Shown: one piece after another, positions 40,452 to 53,433 of the stretch
Numbering within the stretch: position 1 is the stretch's first letter
How the letters are laid out: every line of letters begins with the position of its first letter
Source: the human T2T-CHM13v2.0 reference genome, Homo sapiens
DNA: 64,000 bases
Strand: one strand, 5' to 3'
Assembly: GCF_009914755.1 (NCBI RefSeq)
Contig: NC_060928.1
Program-made: the position numbers and the translations under genes
The notes under the pieces: model-generated
The model's input: the letters and a program-made list of their open reading frames with translations, nothing else
Told to the model about the DNA's origin: nothing
Databases searched by the model: none

Positions 40452-42548
40452 GTTCTGGTTTCAAATTGGGGTATAGCAGCAGGCTGGCTTCACTCTCACT
40501 CCCATCTGAAGAAAACCAAAACCAAATCTACAATGCTGCAATATTTCATAATTCAAATATGATGATGTGACAGTTCACAGGGCCAAAGAGAAGTGAAAAA
40601 ACTCCAGCAGCAGATAATAAAGGAATTGGACTTTCATATCCATAACACCCTTCATCCCAATCTGCCAAGTACCCAGCTTGCAGAAAATTTCCATCTGACT
40701 CACGGTTTCTACACTGGAAAAAGTGAGATTGAGGATGGATAACCAGCTTTCTCACTATCTTGGGTTCCTTTGCAGGAGACCTGTCCCTGCGTCAACTCAT
40801 GGGAAACACTGAGAATACCTGAAGACAGAAATAGCCCTTAAGACAGCCAGAAACAAAGGGAAAAGGCAGGACTCCCATCCCCAGCCGTGGAAACTCTGCT
40901 CTGTAACTCTGCCAAAAGATTTGCCAAATGAGAGTGGCTGTTCAGCAGCACCACATGGTATGTCTGTTTCAGAGGTGCCCTGGGCAGGAACCCCTCACCA
41001 GCCTTCCCACACTAGTGGAATATCCCCTTCAGGAGCTTCCCCACTTAGGACCAGCAGCACTATGATTGTTTACCAGAACCAAGACAAACCTGGGCTTAAG
41101 GTGCCATACAATAGTGCCAAAAAAGAGGCAGTAGCCTGTTGGAAAAATCAATAGGTAAATTATAAAGAATATCTAAATGAACAAATACAAGAAAAACCAA
41201 AATAAACCAGACAGAGAAGACTAGAATAAATAGCTAATCCTTCAGAGCAAAGACATAGACATACATTCACAAGAAACAACAGCAAACAGCAAACCATGAC
41301 CTCCTCAAAAGGACAAAGCAAGGAACCAATGACTGACCCTAAAGAAACAGCAATATGTGAACTCTCTAAGAATTCAAAAGAGCAGTTTTAAGAAAAGTAC
41401 TTAAACACGATAGTGATCTCCAAGATCGAAGGTGCTAATAGCACACATTGGGGAGAGGTCAGTCTTTTCAATAATAGTGCTGGGAAAACTGGATAACCAT
41501 ATGCAGAAGAATGAAACTAGATTTTTATCTCTCACCATATACCAAAGTTAAATAAAAATGAATTAAAGACATAAATTTAAGACATGAAACCATGAAACTA
41601 CTAGAAGAAAACATTGGAGAAAGACTTTAGGATAATGGTCTGGGCAAATATTTTTTGTGTAAGACTTCAAAAACATGGGTAACCACAGCAAAACTAGACA
41701 AATGGGATTACATCAAGCTAAAAAGTTTCTGCACAGCAAAGGAAACAATCAACAAAAAAACATACAATCCAATTTAAAAATGAGCAAAAGTTCTGAATAG
41801 ACATTTCTCAAAAGAATATATACAAATGACCAACAAGTATCTGAAAAAAATGCTCACCATCACTAATCATTAGAGAAATGCAAATCAAAACCACAATGAG
41901 ATCTCATCTCACTTCAGTTAAAATGGCTTTTATCAAAAAGACCGGAAATAATGGATGCTGGTGAAGATGTGAAGAATGGGGTACCTTCTGACACTATTGG
42001 TGGGAATATAAATTAGCACAGCCACTATGGAAAACTGTATGGAAGTTCTTCCAAAAACGAAAAACAGAACTACCATATGATCCAGCAATTTCACTATGGG
42101 GTATATATTTAAAAAATTGGGCCAGGCGCAGTGGCTCACGCCTGTAATCCTAGCACTTTGGGAGGCTGAGGCAGGTGGATCATGAGGTCAGGAGATCGAG
42201 ACCATCCTGGCTAACACGGTGAAACCCCATCTCTACTAAAAATACAAAAAAATTAGCCTGGCGTGGTGGCAGGCGCCTGTAATCCCAGCTACTCGGGAGG
42301 CTGAGGCAGGAGAATGGCATGAACCCGGGAGGCGGAGCTTGCAGTGAGCCAAGATCCGCCACTGCATTCCAGCCTGGGCAACAGAGCGAGACTCCATCTC
42401 AAAAAAAAAAAAAAAATTGAAATTAGGCTCTTGAAGAGATCTGTACACCCATGTTCATTGAAGAGTTATTCACAATAATAGCCTAGATACATAAACAGTC
42501 CAAATGTCCATCAACAGATTATATAAAGAATATGTGATACATACACAC
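40452..42548 (+). mobile_element. Internally deleted L1 (L1M2/L1MA-like): 5'UTR and ORF1 start fused to the ORF2 3' region
   Basis: 5'UTR-like at 40452-41250; ORF1-start-like atgacctcctcaaaagg; jump at ~41426 to aggtgctaatagcacacattgggg...gtgctgggaaaactggata. Confidence 0.7.
42120..42410 (+). mobile_element. AluY
   Basis: gagatcgagaccatcctggctaacacggtgaaacccc. TSD aaaaaattg at 42111-42119 and 42411-42419. Confidence 0.96.
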
Positions 42549-43570
42549 TTGAAAGCTTAGATGAAATGGACAAATTCACTTAAATGCACAAACTACTAAA
42601 CTTATTGATACAAATAAATTACTTGAATAGCCTATGTATGTTAATTCTGTAATCCATTTAAGGAAGAAATAGTACCAATTCCACATAAATTATTCTAGAA
42701 AATTGGAGAAGAAATACCCCACAACACATTTTCCGAGGTTGTTATTGTTATTGCTCTGAACCAGACATTTTAAAAGAATACAAACAAATATCTCCATGAA
42801 CATAGATGCAATTCTTAACAGAATTTTAGCAAATCAAATTCAACTACATATATATATTTCCATATGTATGTGTTTATATAAATATGTGTGTATATATTAT
42901 ATGTGTGTATATATATGTGTATGTGTATATATACACATATATGTACACACACACATATAATGTATATACATATGTATATACATTATATTGTATTACATAT
43001 ATACATATATACAATACATATATAGTATACATATATAGTATATATGTATACTATATATGTATTGTATATATATGTATTGTATATATAGTATATATATGTA
43101 TTGTATACATTATATTGTATTACATATATAATGTATACAATACATATATTGTATATGTATATGTATATGTATACAATATATGTATTGTATACATGTATAT
43201 ATGTAATACAATATAATGTATATACATATGTATATACATTATATGTGTGTGTACATATATGTGTATATATACATATATACAATATATATAGTATATACAT
43301 ATATATACACAGATATACGCACACACATATATATATAAAGATAATATGCCATAATCAAGTGGGCCTTATTCAGAAAGTCAAAGTTGGTTTAATCTTAGAA
43401 TATCAATTGATGTAATTCTTTGCATTTTAAGACAGAGAAAGTGAAATCATATCATCATCTCAATAGAAGCAGGAACAAAAATTGATAAAACCCAACTCTC
43501 ATGCCTGATAGACTTCTCCATAATTTAGTCCTGAAAGGGAACCTCCTCGACTTGATAAAGGGCATCTCTA
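42549..43570 (+). mobile_element. Old L1 ORF2 fragment (outer host), split by a TA-rich repeat
   Basis: ttagatgaaatggacaaattc...catgaacatagatgca...ttagcaaatcaaattcaac [TA array] aagataatatgccataatcaagtggg...ttgataaagggcatct. Confidence 0.7.
42848..43337. repeat. Complex (TA/TG/CA)n low-complexity array with inverted-repeat architecture
   Basis: About 490 bp of mostly alternating purine-pyrimidine sequence; inverted arms at ~42924-43035 and ~43164-43273. Confidence 0.95.
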
Positions 43571-43689
43571 ACAGAGCGAAGGATTATAGTTTTTGGAAGA
43601 GAATAAGTTTTCAATAAAAATCTTTCTCTAGAAATATCTATACTCTGTTTGGTAGTTTAAACTAAAACTATCTGCACCCACCAACTATT

Positions 43690-43938
43690 ATAGTCGTCTT
43701 TTGATATGTGTAGTGGATTGATTCCAGAAAACCTGCTCCCCATACCAAAATTCTATACATAAGCAAGTCCCACAGTTAGCCCTGGGGAACTTGAATATAT
43801 GTAAAGTAGGCCCTGTGTATAGGTGGGTTTTGCATCTTGTGAATACTGTATTTTTTATCTGCATTTGGTTGAAAAAATCCACTTTTAAGTGTATTGGACC
43901 CATGCAGCTCAAACTTATGTTGTTGAGGAATAAACTTA
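43690..43938. mobile_element. MER8 (Tc1/mariner Tigger-derived MITE)
   Basis: ggattgattccag...ataccaaaatt...caagtcccacagttagccctg...gaatactgtattttt...ttggttgaaaaaatcc...ggacccatgcagctcaaac; TA flanks. Confidence 0.8.
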
Positions 43939-44604
43939 TAATGAAGACATACATAGAGACAAGCACATACAGAAATTTTCCTTTCACATTTGACTACAGT
44001 ATAACAAGTGTCGGTATAGATATAGTTTAGTTACGAGAAGATAAATTGCCTGCTGATAACCAGTACAGCCTCCTTCCATGATGAAGTTGAATGTAAGGGG
44101 AAAAAAATGAAATAGCAAAGAACGTAGTTGAAAAGTCATACTATGTCCTTTCTTTTCTAGGATCACATTCTCTTCATTGTTTTCTTCATTGCAAACCCTC
44201 ATTTTTAAAGAGTTACTCAAAAGGAGCTTGGCAAATTACTACCTAAATGTTTTTTTAAAGTGCTACCCAATTTGAATAGCACTATGACCTATTCAACTAA
44301 ATATGAATTTAGTTACCTATGGGTAACTAAACTCTGGGTTACCTGTGACCCAGATCAATGAAATATAACTCTTTAGAGGCCTATTCTCCATCCAGGAAAT
44401 TATGTAAGAATATTGCTTTGGTTTTGGTTTTGTTCTTGTTTGTTTTTAAATATTGCTTTACTTTGTTAACTAGCTAGGAATATTTATTACTTTGATAATT
44501 TTCCTGTTCTGGCTTGACTTGTGATATTATGTACTATCATGTTATTGGTTTTATTGGAGCTGGTTTTGAACAATCCTGTAAAGATGATTGAAATGTTTTA
44601 GAAA

Positions 44605-44870
44605 GGTAGTAGTACAGTGTAATGGGTTGGGAGCTTGCATTCTGTAGACACATACTGTGGGTTTGAATTTCTGCTTTGTAACTTACTAACTTTAATCTTC
44701 AGTAAGTTTCTTATCCTTTATGTAACTCATTTCTCTTACCTCAAAATGAGAATAATAATGGTACCTACCTTATAAGGCTTGTAGGTGCATTAAATGATTT
44801 GATATATACAAAGTGCCTAGAAAAGTTCCTGGCACACAGTGAGTGCAAAGTTATAGCAGCATTATATTAA
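44605..44870 (+). mobile_element. MIR (near full length)
   Basis: gggtttgaatttctgct...cttacta...aaaatgagaataataatggtacctacct...attaaatga...aaagtgcctaga...cctggcacacagt. Confidence 0.85.
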
Positions 44871-45397
44871 ACCTTATGTTCTTCATTTGGGTGGGGTAGA
44901 CATTTAACAAAATTCTAACTGACACTGTTTCAGATTAATTTCTAGAGTACTGTGTTTTTAAGTATGGAATTTCCATAAAAATTCTGATACAAAAAAATGA
45001 AGTTTTTAAACTTTTAATCATTTCAAGTACTAAACAAGTAACATAGTCAAAACAAATCAGTGTTTCTGGCCTTTTGGAAATATCAAAAAGCAGAATTTGA
45101 CTCAAGGAAAAGGAGAAAATATCATTGCTTAGGATTTTTGCTTTGAAGCCTCTTGGAAATTAAGATGATAACTCACATGAGTTATCACAAAAAGAAATAA
45201 GGAACTCTAGCCGCACAACATTTTGAAACATTGCTAAACTCATTCAATTGTTTGTCTGTTGAACTAAGCATATTTAAAATATGATTACAGCATTTTCCAC
45301 ATATAAACAAATTCCTTTCACTCCACACCAGATGAATGTGTGCAAGGCTCTGTGTTATATTTCATACTAATTAACGACAAATTAAACTTGGAGCCTA

Positions 45398-46480
45398 ATT
45401 CGTATTTATTCACATACCAAACACATTTGAATGTTTTAGATATCCCAGGTGGCATATAAGGTATAGGAGATACAAAGTTGAAGGAAATAGATATGGTTCT
45501 TGCCCGGATGGATCTTCCAATTTAGAGAGAGACAGGATATATATGTATATAAATCAACAGAATACTTAACGGTGGATATCATGTACTATAAAGGAGCTAA
45601 ACAATAAAACAATAGGGAAAAGAGAACAATCACTCAGTGAGTAAGCCACTGCCTTTGAGGGCATGGTCAGAAAGCCTCTCTGAGTGCACCAAATTTAAGG
45701 TAAGACTTAAAAGCTTAAGAAGGAATCAGCCTAGTGAAAATATGAAGATCATGGGTTGGCCATTCTAAATACAAGGATCAGTAGATATTTATATAAAGGG
45801 TCTGATATGGAAGAATGCATGGTGTCTTTCAGTTTCTTTCAGAATTAGGAAGATCAGAATTAGGGAGGGTAGAGTAGCATAAGAGAATGTGTTTGTGGTG
45901 GTAAGATCAACTCAAGATGTAAGCCATGGCTAATAATATAGATTTTATAGTATAAAAGCAGTAAGAAGCCATTTTAAACAGGATAGTAATGTGATTTGTT
46001 TTATATTTCAAAAAGATTACTCTGCTTCCTGTGTAGACGGTGGAGTGGTGGGAGACAAAGATGGAAAGGAGGGAGTCTAAATAGATAAGTAGGTTTTCAG
46101 CGTTCTGAGGAAGAGACAATGATGACATTGACTATGATTATGATCCTGAGTTTGAGAGAAGCAGACAGATTCAAAAATACTTTGTAGGTAGAACAATTAG
46201 GATATATCGATATATTAGATGTGGGTTTTTTTTTTTTTAAAAAGGAGAAATCAAAAGGTAATACATAAGTGTTCGTTTTTGTCTTTCTTGATTTGAGCAA
46301 TTGGGTGAATACTGGTACAGTTTAGAGTAAAATAGAAGACTGGACCAGGCTTAAGAGATATAAAGGAATGAAATATTTAGTTTTGGTTATGTTTATTTAA
46401 AGATGTCCTTTAGAAAATAGGCAGTTGGGTTTAAGAGTCTGAAGCTTAGAACAGGAAACACATTCTGATAATGACCACAT
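45398..46480 (-). mobile_element. L2 (3' ~1 kb)
   Basis: Antisense L2 3' end; agccattttaaacagg...atgtgatt...tttcaaaaagattactctgct; tgagcaattgggtgaat; ggcagttgggtttaagagtctgaagct. Confidence 0.75.
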
Positions 46481-47404
46481 TTATATTTGTAGAGGCTGGG
46501 AGAGACAAGGAAAATTTATATTCCTCAAAAGCAGCGGTCTATCAGTCTCAGCTTTTGTGATTTTAAATGTCTGGTATTTTTTCCACAAAGGAAGATGCTT
46601 GTTTCTCAACAAGTTTTATCTCAGGTCTGATACCACTGCTTCATACCATCCGACTTAATTAATGACTCCGTAGATGAAAATCATAGGGGACATATAACAT
46701 TTTTTCATCAAATGCTGTTTTGTGTTTACCTCATACCTCAGGATTTCTATGCAACTTGGAAAATTAGTGTCTTTGTTAATATGACAAATGAATATTAACC
46801 TACACAATACTTCCAGACATGTTCTTATGACTGAGAAGTAAATCTTTAATTCCATATAATCAGTTCTCCTTTATCATATCAGAAAACTCGTCTTCATTCT
46901 GGAAATTATATTATTTTTCAGGTTTTTATTCTGAATATCTTATATAAAATAAAACAACAAAGTTTAGTAAAATTCTGTCTTAAAATGTAAGTGGATTCTA
47001 TTCATAGAAAATGTGGGATGTATTGTTACTAGAGTAATTAAAAAAAATAGTATTTTCAGTCAGCTTTCTACCAGTTATTGTAAAAAAAAAAAGGTGGGGG
47101 GGAGAGTGATATTTTCTTAATAGGTGGGGAGTTGACTGATTCCATACAACGTGAACAATTGTCATGGGCTGAGAAAGTTCCAAATAATCACCAGGACTCT
47201 CATTTTCAACTCTCCCACCCTCGCATAGAAGAATAAACAAACAAACAAACAATAACAAATTTTAGACTGCCGTCATTGGAGAATGAGTCTGGCTAAAACA
47301 CAGGAGCCAATCACCAATTATCATGAATATTGGGTTTTACTTTGATATTGCATTTTCATATGTGGCTTATAGAACCTTTTCATTACTTTGTATCAATGAT
47401 CAAC

Positions 47405-47495
47405 AGATGTCTTCTACAAAGAGCCAGATAGCAAATGTTTGAGGCTTTTCTGGCCATATGATCTCTCACCACTATGCAACTCTACCACTGTGGTT
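47405..47495. mobile_element. MER58A-like (hAT) fragment
   Basis: ttctacaaagagccagatagcaaatgtttgaggctttt...ggccatatgatctct...caactctaccactgt. Confidence 0.65.
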
Positions 47496-48614
47496 TTGAG
47501 CCAGTGAATTTAGGTGGCGAAGTGTGGCTTAAGATGCTCCATTTTCTTGAGATTTTTCTAGAGAAATAGGTAAGTTTTACATTGAGTCCTACTAAGAAAT
47601 TATGATGCAGAGTCACCTTTTAGCTATCACTGCAGAGAAAAGTTATCATGATTCACCTTGTCTTGAGAAATTATCAGGTATGGGAAGTACTGAGACTGAA
47701 TATTATTAGTACACAAGGTGGATTTGCAAAATTTCCACCATTGGAACTAGAAAATAGAGGATAAATACTACACTCCTATTTTATCTGAACTGATATGCAT
47801 GAGTCAGTCAAAAATTAAATTCATTTCTAGAAAATGTTTTAGAATGTCTCATCATACAACAGCCACAAGATTCTCTTTAAATGTTGGCTTCAAAATGCAG
47901 ATGAGAGATAATCATTTCAAACATACCTCTAGATCACTTGGTGATTTTCCATTTTCTTGTTCTACTTCTTCTCTAAGATGCCTGAAAAAGTTTGATTTTG
48001 GCTAGTTGTCTGTTTTCTCCATTTGTCCTACTGTTTGTCCTTCAGTATTTATTCTGCCTCTTAAGACTCTTGGTTTCCTGATTTCTGGTAGTGACCTGAT
48101 CTTGTGTATATTTCAAACTTACAAGCACACATTCACAGGAGTTAGGACTCTGCGATCAATTGATATAATATTAATAGGATGCTTTTTACTGAGCCCCATG
48201 ATTCTCTGTATCTATTACATTTTTCCAATAGATTTCGGAACCAGAAATAGCTTACAAGTTAACGAGAAGTCTTATAAACAAATCAATAATCACAATACAT
48301 TCTAATAAATGTATGATACATGTTTGATCTAAGATTTTCATTTTGTATAGGTCGATTAAAAGTGACTGTTATAATATTTTGTGCATACTTATAAATGGGA
48401 CTCTACATATATCTAAGCCTGTGCATCTCCTAAGGACCAAAGTATCATATGGAATTTCTTCCCAGATATCAGTAACAGAATATTAGGGGCAAAAGAAACT
48501 CAGTATTTGGATGGCTTCTTGAAACTACTCTCTCTGGTATTGTAATTGGTAGGGGTCAGATTTACTGAAAGTCAGAGAGTATCGATTGATAAGAGTACAA
48601 AAGAGTAACTAACT

Positions 48615-49083
48615 ATGGGCATATTCATTAGTTAGAGCTTGGGAGTGGCTTTGCTGGGTTGTTCTGGTTCCAAATTTCTCGTGAGCTTGCAGATAAGATG
48701 GTGGCCCGCACTTCAATCATTTTGTGATTTAATTGAGAAACGATGGTCCACTTCTCAGATGGATAATTCACATAGCTGTTGGCAGGAGCCTCCATTTATG
48801 TTGGCTATTGGCAGGAGGCTTTAATTCCTCATTGTCTGTTGACAGGAGATCTTAATTCTTTGCTTCATGGGTTTCCCCATAGGGTTTCTTGAGTGTTCTC
48901 ATAATATGGCAACTGGCTTCCTTCTGAGATAATGATCTGAGAGAAGGAGAACGAATAAAGGATGATGCCACAGAACACAGTCATTTTCACAATCTGCAAT
49001 TATTTACACAACTTAGTCTGATTCAACCGCACAAGAACATGGAGTAGGGAAACTTTGAAGGCTATCTTGGAGGCTGGCCTACC
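48615..49083 (-). mobile_element. MLT1F/G-type MaLR LTR
   Basis: tgggagtggctttgctgggt...gctgttggcaggag...ccatagggtttcttgagtgttctcataatatggcaactggcttcc...atcttggaggctggcctacc. Confidence 0.7.
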
Positions 49084-49399
49084 TTAGTGGGGTTAGAATA
49101 ATGGCAGGGTAGAAGAGGTATATGAGTGCAATATGCAAAAAGATAGGGATTTACATGAATAGATTTTTATGGTAGTAAAGAAAAACTGGAAAAAATACAT
49201 AGAATTCAGATTGGAGGCTTGCCAGAAGAAAACTATAAAAGGGAAGCTTAACAAGTTAAGAGGTTACTGGAAATAATTGTCGTTGCTATTGGGAAAAACA
49301 CCCAAATCTTTAATATTGTTTTCAAATCGTCACATGGTCCAAATATTAGCTTGCTGTTAAAGCCCCATCTCCTAGGATGCTTCGGTATTGCTGTCTCTC

Positions 49400-49617
49400 T
49401 ATGCCAGACACATTGATTGGCCTCCTTGAAGATCATTAAATAAGTATGTTCCTGCCTTTAAACATGTGCCCTACATTTGGAATGCCCTTTCCCACCCCTT
49501 TACCTAATTATCCTCTATTCAGCCATCATACTAAGCTCAAGCACCAGCTCCTTCAGGCATAACCTTTGGTCTCAGGTTGTCTAGCTATTTTCTCGTGTAT
49601 GACTATATCTATTACTG

Positions 49618-49660
<43 letters not shown>

Positions 49661-49820
49661 TTCAGGGACATTTTTAATGTTTTTAATTATACAACTGTCA
49701 GTGTCCTTAATCTCTAAACTAAAGTTTAAGCTATATAAGAAAAAAGAATCACATCTGACTATTCCATGTGCCAAGCACAGTGTCTGGTAAATTAGAAGGA
49801 CTTAGTCATTTTTCATTTAA
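49400..49820 (+). mobile_element. L2 3' fragment
   Basis: gttcctgcctt...tggaatgccctttccc...ctattcagcc...agctcaagcacc...gccaagcacagtgtctgg. Confidence 0.5.
49618..49660. repeat. (TCA)14 trinucleotide microsatellite
   Basis: Perfect run read directly; it produces the poly-I and poly-M pseudo-ORFs. Confidence 0.98.
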
Positions 49821-50118
49821 AGAGGCAGTTAGTCATTTCTCACTTCAAGAATAAATACACTATTCCCTGAGATAGATGATAAGGATACGAATTAGCATGA
49901 TGGTAAGAAGGTAGAAAGTAGATGGCACATTCAAAAAAGATGTTAAATCAAGGCCAAGGCATGAAGGAAACTGAGTCATCAAGAATAATGATAAATATCT
50001 GATATTTTAAAACTGAACAACAGCAAAAGATTATAGGACAAAATAACAATATAAAATGAAGGCGTTAACTTTGAGAATTTTATTAATCAGACCCCAACCA
50101 GGAACACAGAAAATACAC

Positions 50119-50860
50119 TGTGTTAATTTCTATGTATTGCCCTTACCTCCAAATTGACCCCTCAGTGCCTGCTCTGAAGTAATGGACTGATTGCTTTAAA
50201 CATTTCTCTTTAAGCACAGCACCATGTTAAGCTTTGTCAATAGAGGGCACTGGAGTCACATTACAGAAGGAAGGGGCTTCTCTTTCCAGTTTTGGCTGTT
50301 TTGCTTTGGATTTTCAGCCCTCTCTGGCTCCTGCTGCAGTCCTGCTGTGTGGGTGTGTAAGAACATTCAGTGATGCCTTGTCCAGCCACACACCCAGAAG
50401 GCAAAATCCGTCAGTGACCTCATAGGCCCTGCCTAAGCCCTATGACTACCTTCCCAAGGCTTCTTATCTCCACCCGAACATACTGACACTGCATGCTCCA
50501 AGCCCATAACACCCACAGAGTGTCCAGATTTCCTCTGTGTACTTGCCGACCAACCTGGCTTGCCAGCACCCTGGAGGTTTATCTCTTTCTTGTGTGATGA
50601 ATGCAGACCAGCTTTGTCCCAGCCAACCTAACAAACTTCTCTGCTATTCCATGAGCTGCAAACATGCTTTCTCCAAGATGAGAACTCAGCCCTGAAGAGG
50701 GTCCCACCTTCTAAGTTTGTCCTTCCTTTGAAAGTCAGCTTCAGCATAGGGTTCCCTTTAGAATTGCTTCTGTATCTTTATAGTTGCTTTCCTATCATAG
50801 TTTAATAATTATTTCATATTAAATTCCTGTTAAATTTACGGCGTGGTTTATCTTTCCTAG
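50119..50860 (+). mobile_element. LTR41-like solo LTR (ERVL)
   Basis: ctccaaattgacccctcagtgcctgctctg...taaacatttctct...atgttaagctttgtcaatagagggcactgg; ends attaaattcctgtt...gtggtttatctttcct. Confidence 0.75.
50235..50253 (+). promoter_or_regulatory. Candidate CTCF motif within LTR41
   Basis: tgtcaatagagggcactgg resembles the CTCF core CCASYAGRKGGCRS, with mismatches at the 5' end. Confidence 0.4.
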
Positions 50861-50894
50861 CAAAATTAAAGAATATTACCAACTTACTATGAAA

Positions 50895-51310
50895 ATAAAG
50901 AACATTTTATGCAGGGAACTGGTCATGCAACTCTGAAGAGCTGAGAAGCCAAATGTAGGCCTCTGAGGCAACTCATAAATTAGCATCTACAAGAAGTTGC
51001 TACCTTTTGAAGTCTGCAGGGACAAGAGAAGAGGCAGTGTTACAAGGGCCAAGATGACACATTGGAAGAAAACTATGTCCAACTCTCTGGCAAAATCTAG
51101 AGCTACAGAGGAGAAGCCATTGCTATCAGAGTCCCTGTCTGGCTTTTCCTTTTCTTCATCTGACAATTTCCTGTAGGTGGCTCCCATTGTTTGAAACCAG
51201 CTGGCAACCAGCTTACAAGGGAACCCAAGAATGCATCTCGGAGACGGCCATCTGCAGAACACTGCAGATTAGGAGGAAGCTGAAGAATGGATCCCAGAGC
51301 AAAAAGACCA
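50895..51310 (-). mobile_element. Ancient LTR fragment (LTR78/79-like)
   Basis: gggaactggt...gaagagctgagaagccaaa...tgaggcaactcataaattagca...cagggacaagagaagaggcagtgttac; ctcccattg...caagggaaccc. Confidence 0.5.
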
Positions 51311-52066
51311 AAGACTGGCAGAGATTTACTCAGGTTTATGCATTAACAACCAGCTTCCCAGGAGAGCAATGCCCTTTGTTGTAATGTTTTTCTGCATTTC
51401 TGATGTAACTATTCTTACTATGGGTGGTTTCAAGAAGCAAACATGAACATCACTGGACCCTAAGTCTGGAAGGAATGCACCTCAGCACACCATGTATAGT
51501 AGTTCCACTATATTCAATGAATTTTTTTAAGTATAGATATTGGCATCTTGAAGAAACTGCTTGTAATGATCAGCAATACCATTCATTTAATAACAAAATT
51601 TCTTTAAAACTTCAGAAGCTGATATCTAGATATTATAATGAAAGCTAAACAATTCAAAAGCAACAAGTTAATCCACAATTTTAAAGTATGCGTGGTTACA
51701 GAGGACATGCTCCTAGACACTGATAGTAACCAAAGAGAGGAGGGTAAAGGGGAACCTGCTTGTGGTTGTTTATAGTTTACCTGCTTCTTCTGAAATATTA
51801 TTCTCAGCCCTCCATGCAGACATAATCTGGGCAAGAGATGAAAAACAAATATGGCAGGGGCTGCTAATTTCACTTTTGATTGATATAATCAGGAGGGGAA
51901 AGCTAGGCCGTTTATTTTTCTACCTTCTAACTGTTACTTTATTCCCTTACTCTGGAGATGGAGGCAAAGAGAACATCTTCTACTCCTAAGTGGCAGAAAA
52001 TCTCTCAGAAGGTTATTTTGCATATGTATCAGAGTCACCATCAGAGCCCTTTCTAAAGGTGAACAC

Positions 52067-52358
52067 CACAGGGTATGGTGGCTCAATCCTGTAATTCCAG
52101 CACTTTGGGAGGCCAAGGCAGGCGGATCATGAGGTCAGGAGATCGAGACCATCCTGGCTAAAATGGTGAAACCCCGTCTCTACTAAAAATACAAAAATTA
52201 GCCGGCCATGGTGGTGGGCGCCTGTAGTTCCAGCTACTCGGGAGGCTGAGGCAGAAGAATTGCTTGAACCCAGGAGGTGGAGGTTGCAGTGAGCCGGACA
52301 TCAAGCCACTGCACTCCAGCCTGGGCGACAGAGCGAGACTCCATCTCCAAAAAAAAAA
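52067..52358 (+). mobile_element. Alu (AluSc-like)
   Basis: gagatcgagaccatcctggc left arm with an S-type right arm (ttgcttgaaccc...gaggttgcag). TSD ggtgaacac at 52058-52066 and 52360-52368. Confidence 0.94.
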
Positions 52359-52949
52359 TGGTGAACACTCATGAGGGAATGCAGTCAGACTTTGAAGGTT
52401 ACCACATGCCACTTGCCATACAATTAACAAAGGGCTCTACATTGTTTTTGGCTTTATAATGTAAACATATTTTTATTAATAAGTTATATGATTCCTGCAT
52501 TATTTCATAATTTGAGCTCATCAAGAAACTGTCTAACATTCTATTAAAATACATTATTAACTCCCCGCCCCCACCATTTGGCAAAGTTTTCTTTTTCTTA
52601 CAAAGAAATAAAGGAAATAAGGTAGAAAAACCCGACAATTTAAGAATGATTAAGCATGTTAAACTTTATTCTGAACTTTTATCAGGAAAAAGTTCAAAGA
52701 GCCTGACTCTCAGTGTTGACCATGTGAATTTAGAAGTCGTCAGTCCAAAATGTGCCTTCATGCAAACCTTTAATTAAATATGGAGAATTTAATTTACTTT
52801 GATAACTTTAGGGTTTTCAAATATGTCCAGAGAAAGGAAATTAAACAATCAAATTATCCAAACAAAGGCCATTTTTGCCAACATTCCCTGGACAATAAGA
52901 ATAGATTTTTTTCCCCTAAATTTTCTACAACGAACATGTATTACAATAA

Positions 52950-53309
<360 letters not shown>

Positions 53310-53433
53310 CACTAGTTTTTAAATGACTGATTTGCTACATAAAGATATAAAAAAAGATGAGGCACATGTGCCACTTTTCTTAGAAAATATATTCTGTTGT
53401 AAGTTCTCTGAAAAAAAAAGTCATCTCTGTACT

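Noticed and set aside
42884-43415. Tyr/Ile-rich ORFs on both strands
   Set aside because: They are translations of the TA/TG microsatellite, which is poor in stop codons.
49553-49790. Poly-Met and poly-Ile (membrane-like) ORFs
   Set aside because: They derive from the (TCA)14 repeat inside an L2 fragment.
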